From: Promethearchaeota archaeon
GTDB taxonomy: Archaea; Asgardarchaeota; Lokiarchaeia; Sigyniarchaeales; SOKP01
Assembly (NCBI GenBank): GCA_019058365.1
Contig: JAHPZE010000003.1
Location: 224,001 to 288,000 of the forward strand
Reading direction: 5' to 3'
DNA length: 64,000 nt
Positions 39,244 through 48,034 of this stretch are shown piece by piece (position 1 is the first letter of the stretch; each line of letters begins with the position of its first letter). Both the position numbers and the translations under genes were made by a program. The notes below the pieces were generated by a model. The model made no database searches. It was not told where the DNA came from and was given only the letters and a program-made list of their open reading frames with translations.

Positions 39244-40836
39244 ATGAAAAAATATAAGATTCCTCAATATTTTAACAAAAAGTTGAAAGTTTTTGGAATT
39301 TTAATTATATTTCTAATTATTTTAGTTAATTTTGCCTCCTTTACTAATTTTAATTTTAAAGCAACTTACCCTAATACAAAAAATAATCCAAAAATGTCCT
39401 GGTTTTGGGCAACACTAGAGCTTACAAACCCAAGTGAGGTACATAATAAGCGATTCTATCATAATTCACTTGTTTCTATAAAAGGTCATCTTTACAATAA
39501 AATTGATGGAAGTAATAAATCAGGAATAAATGTGGCTATTGAAGTTAATGATGTTTTAGATATGGGTTATACTGACATTACCGATTCCTGGGGAAGATTT
39601 GATATAAATTACATAATTGATCCTTTACTTGATATTTATTCAAGTCATAAAATAGAAGTAATTGTAACCGATTCAGAACCGGGTGGTTCTGGGAGTGAAA
39701 TTGAATATCTCAATTTCTATACAATTGAAGTAAATGCATCATCATATTTTAATATAGTTTCGCATGATGATACCTCAATCCCTAAATTATGCGAAGAAGA
39801 TTTCAATCTCAATGGGTTTTTATATTATGATAATGGATATGGAATCCCTTCTGTGAGTGTTAATTATTATTGGTTAGCTGGTTCTTCAATTATCTCTCAA
39901 GGTTCCTTTCTTACTGGTTCTTCAGGCTCTCTTACGAATCTACAAGTTCCAATAACAAGTGAAAGTTATTTAACTCTTAAATTCAATTACTCAAATGCTC
40001 CTTATGTTAATTACTCTGAAGCTTCTATAACAAATATTAAAGTATTTTCGAATGTAACATGGGCTTTAACGTTCGATTACATGCCTAGAATAGGAGATAC
40101 GTATAAAATAACTGGAACATTGAAGTCTAAGACTAATCCTTCTCTAAGAATAAATGATAGAGAAATCGAGTTTTATTACAACGGAACTTTAAAAGGTACC
40201 GTAACAACAGCTTCAGATGGCACATTTTCATTTAGTTTTCCAATTATCGCTCCAAATGGGACTGCATCTATTCAAATTCAATTAATACATGATGTTATTG
40301 GAAAACATATTAAGTATTTACAATATATAATAGTTCAGCCCGCTCCTTCAACAATTACGGAAGCACGCCCATTACCTCCATTTTTTTTATTTTCTGTAAT
40401 TTTTTTTCCAATTTTAGCCGGTATTATTGCAGTACTAGCTGTATTTGGATACAGATATTATAAAAAACAAGAAAAAGAATCTCGGGTAGTTTCCCTTCCA
40501 CTTGAATCAAAAATTATTAATCTTAAAATTCTTAAAGATACCGGACGGTTGGAAGAATCAATATCATATTTATTCAATGCAATTTATATGGATTTAATTA
40601 ATGCTAAATATAATAGAAAGAGAAAAGAAAATGAAACAATTAGAGATTTTGCTATTATATCAGTAAAAGAATTAAAACTAACTCCATCATCAATTTATCC
40701 TTTTATTCAAAAAGTGGAAGAAATAATATATGCAAAACCTTATGGTATAACTGAAAAAGATTTCTATAATACCTGTGGTTTATTTTCACCAATATATCTT
40801 CAATTAACGGGATATAATTTTGTATTAACTTTTTAA
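39244..40836 (+). CDS. Membrane protein with extracellular Ig-like domains and cytoplasmic DUF4129-like domain
   Basis: N-terminal TM, beta-rich repeats (TDSWGRF, TASDGTF), second TM and C-terminal helical domain with ETIRDF..YPF..VEEIIY. Confidence 0.75.
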   Translation: MKKYKIPQYFNKKLKVFGILIIFLIILVNFASFTNFNFKATYPNTKNNPKMSWFWATLELTNPSEVHNKRFYHNSLVSIKGHLYNKIDGSNKSGINVAIEVNDVLDMGYTDITDSWGRFDINYIIDPLLDIYSSHKIEVIVTDSEPGGSGSEIEYLNFYTIEVNASSYFNIVSHDDTSIPKLCEEDFNLNGFLYYDNGYGIPSVSVNYYWLAGSSIISQGSFLTGSSGSLTNLQVPITSESYLTLKFNYSNAPYVNYSEASITNIKVFSNVTWALTFDYMPRIGDTYKITGTLKSKTNPSLRINDREIEFYYNGTLKGTVTTASDGTFSFSFPIIAPNGTASIQIQLIHDVIGKHIKYLQYIIVQPAPSTITEARPLPPFFLFSVIFFPILAGIIAVLAVFGYRYYKKQEKESRVVSLPLESKIINLKILKDTGRLEESISYLFNAIYMDLINAKYNRKRKENETIRDFAIISVKELKLTPSSIYPFIQKVEEIIYAKPYGITEKDFYNTCGLFSPIYLQLTGYNFVLTF

Positions 40837-40955
40837 ATTCATCATATAATAAAAAAATCAAGAGTTAAAATTAAAAAAAAAGTAAAAAGAAATATAAATT
40901 GAAAAAAAATTAATAAATAGATATTCTAAAAAAATAAAGAAAATGGTAAAAAAAA

Positions 40956-41333
40956 ATGGCAAAAAAGAAAAAAAAGCAACCAGAACCAGAGATTAATATT
41001 AGCCAAAGATTTGATAATGTTAAAATCTTGGTGGAGTCCAATAGACCAAAAGAGGCAATCGCTTATATTTATCTTGTTTATGATGATATAATCGATGTCA
41101 AGTTTAAAAAGCCAAGGCTAGCACATCAAACGATTCGTGAATATGCGATAGCGTGTGTCAATGAATTAGAAAAGAATCTAAAACCTGAATCTGTGTATCC
41201 ATTCATAAAAAAAATAGAAGATATCATCTATGGTGGAGTGGAACCAACAACTAAAGAATTGAATTATACAATTGATTTATTCACTAATTTATACAATGAA
41301 ATTACTGGAAAATCCTTTACATTCAAACTCTAA
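40956..41333 (+). CDS. Stand-alone DUF4129-like helical domain protein
   Basis: Aligns by eye with the C-terminus of the upstream gene (QTIREY..YPFIKKIEDIIY). Confidence 0.75.
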   Translation: MAKKKKKQPEPEINISQRFDNVKILVESNRPKEAIAYIYLVYDDIIDVKFKKPRLAHQTIREYAIACVNELEKNLKPESVYPFIKKIEDIIYGGVEPTTKELNYTIDLFTNLYNEITGKSFTFKL

Positions 41334-41390
41334 GTTCAAATAGTAATATTAGTATTTTAAAATTCCAAGAATAATTAAAAGTAAATCGCA

Positions 41391-43145
41391 ATGGTGAAAC
41401 CAGGAAAAGCAACACAAAAGAGTATCAATATTTCTAAAGGGATAATTTTTACGTTTCTAACAATATATCTAATCATTTTTGGAATAATTATTAGTAATTT
41501 TACTGTGATTTTCCAACAAGAAAAACCGGAAGTTTTACCTATTATTGTAACTTATATCCCCATGCTATGTTATTTGGGGTCAATTTTTAGTGGTATCACT
41601 TTTATTGTATTTTTAAGAAATACCACAAAACAAAGGGTACAAGAAACTCAATCAAGAAAGAAAATTAAATCTGGATCGTTATATAAGCAGGCTCTGTTTG
41701 TTGTTATATTTATTTTTGTGTTCATTCCTTTATTTTCTCCTTTGATAGACGGAGGCACAAACAATCAATACAACTCAATATATAATACTCAGTACTGGAA
41801 TGGTGCTGGAGACTTTAAACTCGCAATTGAAAATGACGGATATGAAGTAATGGCAGTACAATCTAGTTTAAGTGCTACACAACGGCTAGATAAATCAATC
41901 TTATTAATTTTATTAGGTCCAAATCAATTTTACGATCCTATATTTGAAGTGCCTTATTTTATTAATTTCTTCAATGGTACAAATTCCCTTCTAATATGTC
42001 ACGACCATGGATCTACAAGTACTTTATTATGGGAAATTCTAATAGCAGGTGCAATTGCGCAGGTTCAAATCCCAATAACAATTTTTCCCAATGGAATATT
42101 GCGAGACAATGCTTCTTATGATACGACTCCAGAATTTCCAGTTATTCAAAATTTTGCTGCTCATCCAACAACAGCTGGAATAAGTAAAGTAATTCTTTCA
42201 CGAGCATCTTGTGCTGTGGGGGGACCTTTTATTGATGCTTTTGGTTGGACTTCTATAGGTTCTACAACCGATTACGGATTTATTGATAAAGCTCCATTTA
42301 ATGGAAGATATGATTCTCCCAATGATGATCTTAGTTTAGGTTTCATGAGTGCTATTACATCAATAGCAGGGTTCGAAGATTTTCCCTTAGCTAACCTTCC
42401 CCTTGGAGGTTATGCCCAAAGTGTATTTTTAGCAAAAGATAGCGGAAAACAGCGAACATTCGTATCTGCGGATGCTAGTTTATTTAATAATGAATTAATT
42501 AATGATGCTTCATATGATAATTTACAATTTGGATTAAATATCATTGAATGGTTAACATATGTAAATGAAGGAAAAAGTAAGGATGATTGGATTGTAGTGT
42601 TTGATGAAGCACATTTAAGACCAGAAGGTTCAAGAGATCTTACATCCGCAGGAATATTTGGATATATTATGCAGTATATAGTACACTTATCCACAAATCC
42701 TATCACATTATGGATTTATCCACTTCTAGCGTATTACTCATTAAGGAAATACCTTCCTAAAAAGGATAAAAAGAAGGAACAAGAAAAAATCGCAGAAGAA
42801 GAAGAAAAGAAAGAAGAAATGGCACGATTTCGAACATCTTCTTTTTTTGCTCAAAAGATTGAGGAATATAGAGATAAAATGAAATATGGAGATGCATTAA
42901 AACTACTTTATAGAAGATTAGAACGAAAATTGCATGGGCAATTAGGAGGGGTAAAGATTACAACCCAAAAGGTGATAAATTTAGTAGTAGCAAAAAATCC
43001 ATCAACCACAAAATTAAAAATAAGAAGATTAAGTAAATTTATGGATAGAATTTTGGCAATTAAAGAAGGAAAATCTAAAGTTAAAACTGAACAAGATTTC
43101 GAAGAATTATTTTTCGAGATGGGTTGGGCAGTTAATAATATTTAA
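41391..43145 (+). CDS. DUF4350-like (GldG/GIFT-type) membrane protein
   Basis: Three N-terminal TMs, SIYN..WNG.GDF, ADASLFNN..I..DN..F.LNIIEWL and VVFDEAH motifs, a further TM and a C-terminal helical domain. Confidence 0.7.
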   Translation: MVKPGKATQKSINISKGIIFTFLTIYLIIFGIIISNFTVIFQQEKPEVLPIIVTYIPMLCYLGSIFSGITFIVFLRNTTKQRVQETQSRKKIKSGSLYKQALFVVIFIFVFIPLFSPLIDGGTNNQYNSIYNTQYWNGAGDFKLAIENDGYEVMAVQSSLSATQRLDKSILLILLGPNQFYDPIFEVPYFINFFNGTNSLLICHDHGSTSTLLWEILIAGAIAQVQIPITIFPNGILRDNASYDTTPEFPVIQNFAAHPTTAGISKVILSRASCAVGGPFIDAFGWTSIGSTTDYGFIDKAPFNGRYDSPNDDLSLGFMSAITSIAGFEDFPLANLPLGGYAQSVFLAKDSGKQRTFVSADASLFNNELINDASYDNLQFGLNIIEWLTYVNEGKSKDDWIVVFDEAHLRPEGSRDLTSAGIFGYIMQYIVHLSTNPITLWIYPLLAYYSLRKYLPKKDKKKEQEKIAEEEEKKEEMARFRTSSFFAQKIEEYRDKMKYGDALKLLYRRLERKLHGQLGGVKITTQKVINLVVAKNPSTTKLKIRRLSKFMDRILAIKEGKSKVKTEQDFEELFFEMGWAVNNI

Positions 43146-43217
43146 TCATATTTAAAAAAAAAAATTAAGAATAAAACAAATAAAAAACTAATTAAAAAAT
43201 AAAGAGGTTATAAATAA

Positions 43218-44198
43218 ATGGAAGCTCCAGATAAAGCAAAATATTATGACCATGAAGAAATAGATGTTACACCTATTAGGGAGATTACTCAAGAAGTATT
43301 AAGTGAGGTGAGCCGTGTAATTGTTGGTTATGGAGAAATTCTGCAGCAACTCTTCATAGCTCTCCTTGTAAATGGGCATGTACTCCTAGAAGGAGTACCA
43401 GGACTAGGTAAAACGGTAATGGCAAAAACATTCGCAAAAACTCTTGGAATATCGTTTCGTAGAATCCAATTCACCCCTGACCTACTTCCAGCTGATATTA
43501 CTGGCACTAAAATATTTGATCAAAATGAAGGTGCGTTTGTCCTTCAAAGAGGACCCTTATTTGCGAATATGGTTCTCGCTGACGAGATAAATAGAGCTGC
43601 TCCTAAAACACAATCTGCGTTACTAGAAGCCATGGCCGAACGTCAAATAACCATTGAAGGGCAGACATTAATATTGGAAAAGCCCTTCATTGTTGTTGCA
43701 ACTGAAAATCCAGTTGAAATGGAAGGAACTTATCCACTACCTGAGGCACAAATTGATAGATTCTTATTCAAACTTTGGTTAGATTATCCAGATCAAGATG
43801 AAGAAGTAGAGATTATGCGTCGACAAATCTCAGGTGAATCTCCATCAGTTGATCCAATTACAGCTGGAGAAGAAATTCTTGCAGCTCAGAAAATTATGAA
43901 TTTAGTATATATTGATGATAGAATTCTAAAATACGTTCGTGATATTATACTGAAAACGCGGAATCATCCACAAATTGCTCTTGGATGTGGTCCTCGGGCT
44001 TCATTGACTTTAATGAAATGTGCTAAAGCTCGTGCAGCAATACTTGGTCGATCATATGTTACTCCTGACGATGTAAGAGCATTAATCGTGCCTGCGTTAA
44101 ATCACAGGATTCTATTAAAACCAGAAGCTGAATTAGAAGGTCTTGATGCACAGAGTGTTCTTAAATTAATTGTAGAAGAAATACCCGTCCCTATTTAA
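43218..44198 (+). CDS. moxR: MoxR-proper AAA+ ATPase
   Basis: GHVLLEGVPGLGKT, RIQFTPDLLPADITG, LADEINRA.PKTQSALLEAM and EGTYPLPEAQIDRF motifs. Confidence 0.96.
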   Translation: MEAPDKAKYYDHEEIDVTPIREITQEVLSEVSRVIVGYGEILQQLFIALLVNGHVLLEGVPGLGKTVMAKTFAKTLGISFRRIQFTPDLLPADITGTKIFDQNEGAFVLQRGPLFANMVLADEINRAAPKTQSALLEAMAERQITIEGQTLILEKPFIVVATENPVEMEGTYPLPEAQIDRFLFKLWLDYPDQDEEVEIMRRQISGESPSVDPITAGEEILAAQKIMNLVYIDDRILKYVRDIILKTRNHPQIALGCGPRASLTLMKCAKARAAILGRSYVTPDDVRALIVPALNHRILLKPEAELEGLDAQSVLKLIVEEIPVPI

Positions 44199-44308
44199 CC
44201 CAGTAATTTTTCTCTTTTATGGTCGTAGTGTTTAAAAAAAATTAGAAGATAAAAAGTGGTGGAGATATTATTTTAGGAGGTAAAGGAAGAAGTTTAATTT
44301 TATTTGCA

Positions 44309-45598
44309 GTGTTTTTTCTTACTGCTGGATTTGCATTTGTAAATTATTTCTTGATCTATTTTGCCGTGTTATTGCTATTTAGTACAATCATTAGTTTACC
44401 GGTTTTTTATTATAAAATGAACGTAGAGGAATTAAGAGTACATAGAGAACTAGAAAAAGAAAAAGTATTCAAGGATGATTTTGTTCATGTTAAAGTAGTG
44501 ATTGAAAACATAGGGCGCAATAGCTTTGATTTTATTGAAATTAGGGATAATTACAACCCACAGCTATTTAGATTAATTTTAGGGGAAAATTTTATATCTA
44601 CTAGAATTGGACCGAAGAGTACAATTAAATTTTCCTACGTACTTGAACCAAGAGTTAGAGGTGAATATGCTCTCGGACCCTTGTCGGTAATAGTTAAAGA
44701 TAGATTAGGTTTTAATTCGGTTGATAGAATTGTACCAGATAGTGTAACAGATATTCTTATCTATCCACCTTATGAAGATATTAAAAGAATTGAAATTTTA
44801 GGCTCAAAAAGATCCTTACAACTTAACTATGGTGTACAAAGATCTAAGCAGAAAGGCCTTGGTTCAGAATTTTATGGTATGAGAAAATATGTATTTGGAG
44901 ATCAATTTAGACTTATAGATTGGAAAGCAAGTGCTCGAGCTCAAACACTAATTGTAAAAGAATTTGAAGATGAACGAGATGTAACTGTTATGATTTTAGT
45001 AGATTCTTCAGAAACAATGGCAGGTGGAGCAATTGAAAATACTAAATTTGAATATGCTATAAGAGCTTGCATGCTTTTAACAAAAGTAGCATTAACAAGA
45101 AGGGATAATGTAGGTGTTTTTACATTTTCAGATAAAAAAAATTTAAATTTCTTGAAGCCAAATAGTGGAGAAGAACATTTCTACCAAGTTTTGGATTTTG
45201 TTGCTAGAATAAAACCACAGGGGAAATGTAAATTTGTTGAGGCAATGGATGATTTTACAAAACGCTTTCAAAAGCGAAGTTTGGTTTTCGTTATATCTGA
45301 TTTAGAAGCAAATCCTAAAGATATTTCTCAAGCTATAAAAAAGTTAGTTCCGTTTAATCACACAATTATAGTAATTAACCCGTTTAGTCCATGGTTTGAG
45401 ATTCATGAAATAGATTTATCTTCAACAGATAAAGCTTTAGCAGAAGCTATAAGTGAAGAAATGATGGAACACATCCTAACTATTAGGCAGGGACTTCGAA
45501 ATTTGGGAATAAATATAATATCATGTGGACCTGATGATATGATGAATCAAGTTTTAAGTAATTATATGGAAGCAAAGAAAAAGGGGAAGGCGTATTAA
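44309..45598 (+). CDS. DUF58 / VWA-domain membrane protein (true start may be ~44270)
   Basis: EFYGMRKYVFGD..R.IDWKASAR, DSSETM and FVISD motifs, N-terminal TMs. Follows moxR. Confidence 0.92.
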   Translation: MFFLTAGFAFVNYFLIYFAVLLLFSTIISLPVFYYKMNVEELRVHRELEKEKVFKDDFVHVKVVIENIGRNSFDFIEIRDNYNPQLFRLILGENFISTRIGPKSTIKFSYVLEPRVRGEYALGPLSVIVKDRLGFNSVDRIVPDSVTDILIYPPYEDIKRIEILGSKRSLQLNYGVQRSKQKGLGSEFYGMRKYVFGDQFRLIDWKASARAQTLIVKEFEDERDVTVMILVDSSETMAGGAIENTKFEYAIRACMLLTKVALTRRDNVGVFTFSDKKNLNFLKPNSGEEHFYQVLDFVARIKPQGKCKFVEAMDDFTKRFQKRSLVFVISDLEANPKDISQAIKKLVPFNHTIIVINPFSPWFEIHEIDLSSTDKALAEAISEEMMEHILTIRQGLRNLGINIISCGPDDMMNQVLSNYMEAKKKGKAY

Positions 45599-45601
45599 AA
45601 A

Positions 45602-47080
45602 ATGGCTCGTGGATATCTATTAACTTTAAAAATTATCAATCTTGCTATATTTTCTTGGTTATTTATTATCTTTTTAACATCAATTTTTGATTTCAATGAA
45701 GTAGTTAGCACTGCTGATAATCAATTAGTTATATTAGCCTTTTTTGGGGCAATACGCAATATTTTTTCTTATATAATTTTTGGTGGGGGTATGGTTATAG
45801 CCTTCGCATGTGCTGTATTTACAGGATTTTATAACGGGTATATCTTTGGTCTAATTCAAGGTTTTTTTCAAAAATATTTAATTTCATGGTTTTCATTTGA
45901 TCTAGAGCATATTCGGGAGCTATTAGGCAATGATACATTCCTATTACAAAATCTAGGATTACAACATATTCCTAAGTTAATAATGGGCGAAACTCAAGTA
46001 TTATTTAGTGATCTCTATTTATTTATCTTTCAGATTCTGATCCTTATTTCAATTATATATGCAATTAGAGCATTTTTAAAAAACGATCCAAAGCATTCGC
46101 TTGTTGCCATTGGATCAATAGTCCTTATGATTATTGTTCCTTTAATGGTGGAAGGCTTAAGAAAAATGTTGAATTTAATCAATATTCATATTACTTATTT
46201 AGATGAAATGGTTAACCCAGTCAACCCTAGTTTAACTGAAATACCACTCGATGAATTTTTTGCGTTTATAGCTAGTCCTGCTATCTCATTTGCTATCGTC
46301 TCTTACATTTATTTAGAACTTGCGTTCCAGATTAATTATACTGATACTGTAACAAAACCCTCTTTAGAAAGAAGTGATAGACTCGAAGCTCAGTTAAATA
46401 TTCTCTCAAGAGAATCATACTTTATTACAGCTAATATTGATAAAATAAAGCAAGAAGCTAAAGAAAGAATCAAGGAATTGGAATCAGAACAAAAAGAAGG
46501 ATTAGTCATCGGAAAATTTTTCGCAAAGACAGGCAAACGGTTTTCATATATAAAAGAAATGATAGAAAAGAAAAAATTAGAAGAAGAAGAAAAAAAATTA
46601 GTTACTGCTGCATCTAAAACAAGACGTCTGGGGAGGTATATAGATCGCCTTTTTCGAGAGGATTCTGAAGCTAAAGATACACTAACTGCAAGATCATCAG
46701 CCCCTAGGGCTCGAAATTTAGCAACATCTACAATAATCAACTTTATTTATCGTGTAGGTTTACTGTTAATTATAAGCTTCATTATTATACACCCCCACTG
46801 GTTTTTAAAAACAATATTACAATTACCTCCCGCAATTTCTGAAAGTGTTGTAATGTATTCTCCCGAAGTTATCATTATTTTACTAGGACCAATTATGGTG
46901 CTTTTTCCAGTAATTTCTAAATTAATTTCATTTATCAAACATAGAAATTTAATAATTCGGTTACAACAAGAAGGGCGTATAAAAGAACTTTTAACATCTG
47001 TTGGAGACTATGTTAAAAAAGAAGAACTTGAAGCTCCAGTAGAGGAAGAAGCTGAAGCGGTTGCAACTGAATCTGCTTAA
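45602..47080 (+). CDS. Polytopic membrane protein with charged coiled-coil loop, function unknown
   Basis: About 7-8 hydrophobic helices and a K/E-rich coiled loop. Starts 3 nt after the DUF58 gene. Confidence 0.8.
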   Translation: MARGYLLTLKIINLAIFSWLFIIFLTSIFDFNEVVSTADNQLVILAFFGAIRNIFSYIIFGGGMVIAFACAVFTGFYNGYIFGLIQGFFQKYLISWFSFDLEHIRELLGNDTFLLQNLGLQHIPKLIMGETQVLFSDLYLFIFQILILISIIYAIRAFLKNDPKHSLVAIGSIVLMIIVPLMVEGLRKMLNLINIHITYLDEMVNPVNPSLTEIPLDEFFAFIASPAISFAIVSYIYLELAFQINYTDTVTKPSLERSDRLEAQLNILSRESYFITANIDKIKQEAKERIKELESEQKEGLVIGKFFAKTGKRFSYIKEMIEKKKLEEEEKKLVTAASKTRRLGRYIDRLFREDSEAKDTLTARSSAPRARNLATSTIINFIYRVGLLLIISFIIIHPHWFLKTILQLPPAISESVVMYSPEVIIILLGPIMVLFPVISKLISFIKHRNLIIRLQQEGRIKELLTSVGDYVKKEELEAPVEEEAEAVATESA

Positions 47081-47094
47081 ATACAATTGATTTT

Positions 47095-48030
47095 TTAAAT
47101 TTTTAAATTTATTACAAATTGAGCTAATTCAATCTTTTTTCTTAAATTACTCATTATTGTATCATAAAAGTAAGCCTTGATTCCTAATTCTTCGATTTTT
47201 GGTTTTAAATCACAGTCTCTATTATCTATAATAAAATGACCTAAAAAATCTTTATATAATCTAGCAATACCTACACATGAAACCTCCAAACCAATATTTT
47301 TCATCATTTTATCTGCTGGCCCTTTAACTGATGCTCCTTCTATAATTGGGCTTATTGCAAAAACTTTATCCTTAACCTGGGAAAGAGTTTTCTTAATTCC
47401 TTTTACTTGTAGAATAGTTCCTATTGACACAATAGGATTTGAGGGGCAGATTATGACTTTTTCAGCGTTTTGTATATATTTTAATATACCCTTAACTGGT
47501 ACTGCCTCTTCAATTCCTTTAAATTCTACTTTTAAAATCTCTGGTTTACAGCGATATTTAATAAAAAATTCTTCGAAATGCATTGTTCCTGAGGGTGTAG
47601 TTATATATGTTTCAACAGATTCATTACACATAGGCAAAACATGAGATTTAACTCCTAAATTTTTACATATCAAATTAGTTATCTCTGCTTTATTATAACC
47701 TTGATTGAATAAATCCGTCCGATAGATATGTGTAGCTAAATCTTTATCACCCGCATTAAACCATCCTGTATCATAATAATTCTTCAAAGAACTTAAACAA
47801 TTAAAAGTTTCATGTGCAAATCCCCATCCTTTTTCCTCATCCACTAAACTTGCTAATGTATAAGTTATAATATCTAAATCAGGACAAATTTTGAGTCCAA
47901 ATAATTCAATATCATCACCAGTATTTACAATAATCTTAAGAACTTCGGGTTTGACCACTTTTGCTAACCCTTTAATTAATTTTGCACCTCCGATACCTCC
48001 TGCTAATATTACAATATAATTTTCACTCAT
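47095..48030 (-). CDS. cofD: 2-phospho-L-lactate/PEP transferase (F420 biosynthesis)
   Basis: LAGGIGGAKL, VNTGDD, ICPDLD, GDKDLATH, PSNPIVSIG and SVKGPA motifs. Confidence 0.95.
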   Translation of the reverse strand: MSENYIVILAGGIGGAKLIKGLAKVVKPEVLKIIVNTGDDIELFGLKICPDLDIITYTLASLVDEEKGWGFAHETFNCLSSLKNYYDTGWFNAGDKDLATHIYRTDLFNQGYNKAEITNLICKNLGVKSHVLPMCNESVETYITTPSGTMHFEEFFIKYRCKPEILKVEFKGIEEAVPVKGILKYIQNAEKVIICPSNPIVSIGTILQVKGIKKTLSQVKDKVFAISPIIEGASVKGPADKMMKNIGLEVSCVGIARLYKDFLGHFIIDNRDCDLKPKIEELGIKAYFYDTIMSNLRKKIELAQFVINLKI

Positions 48031-48034
48031 AGTA

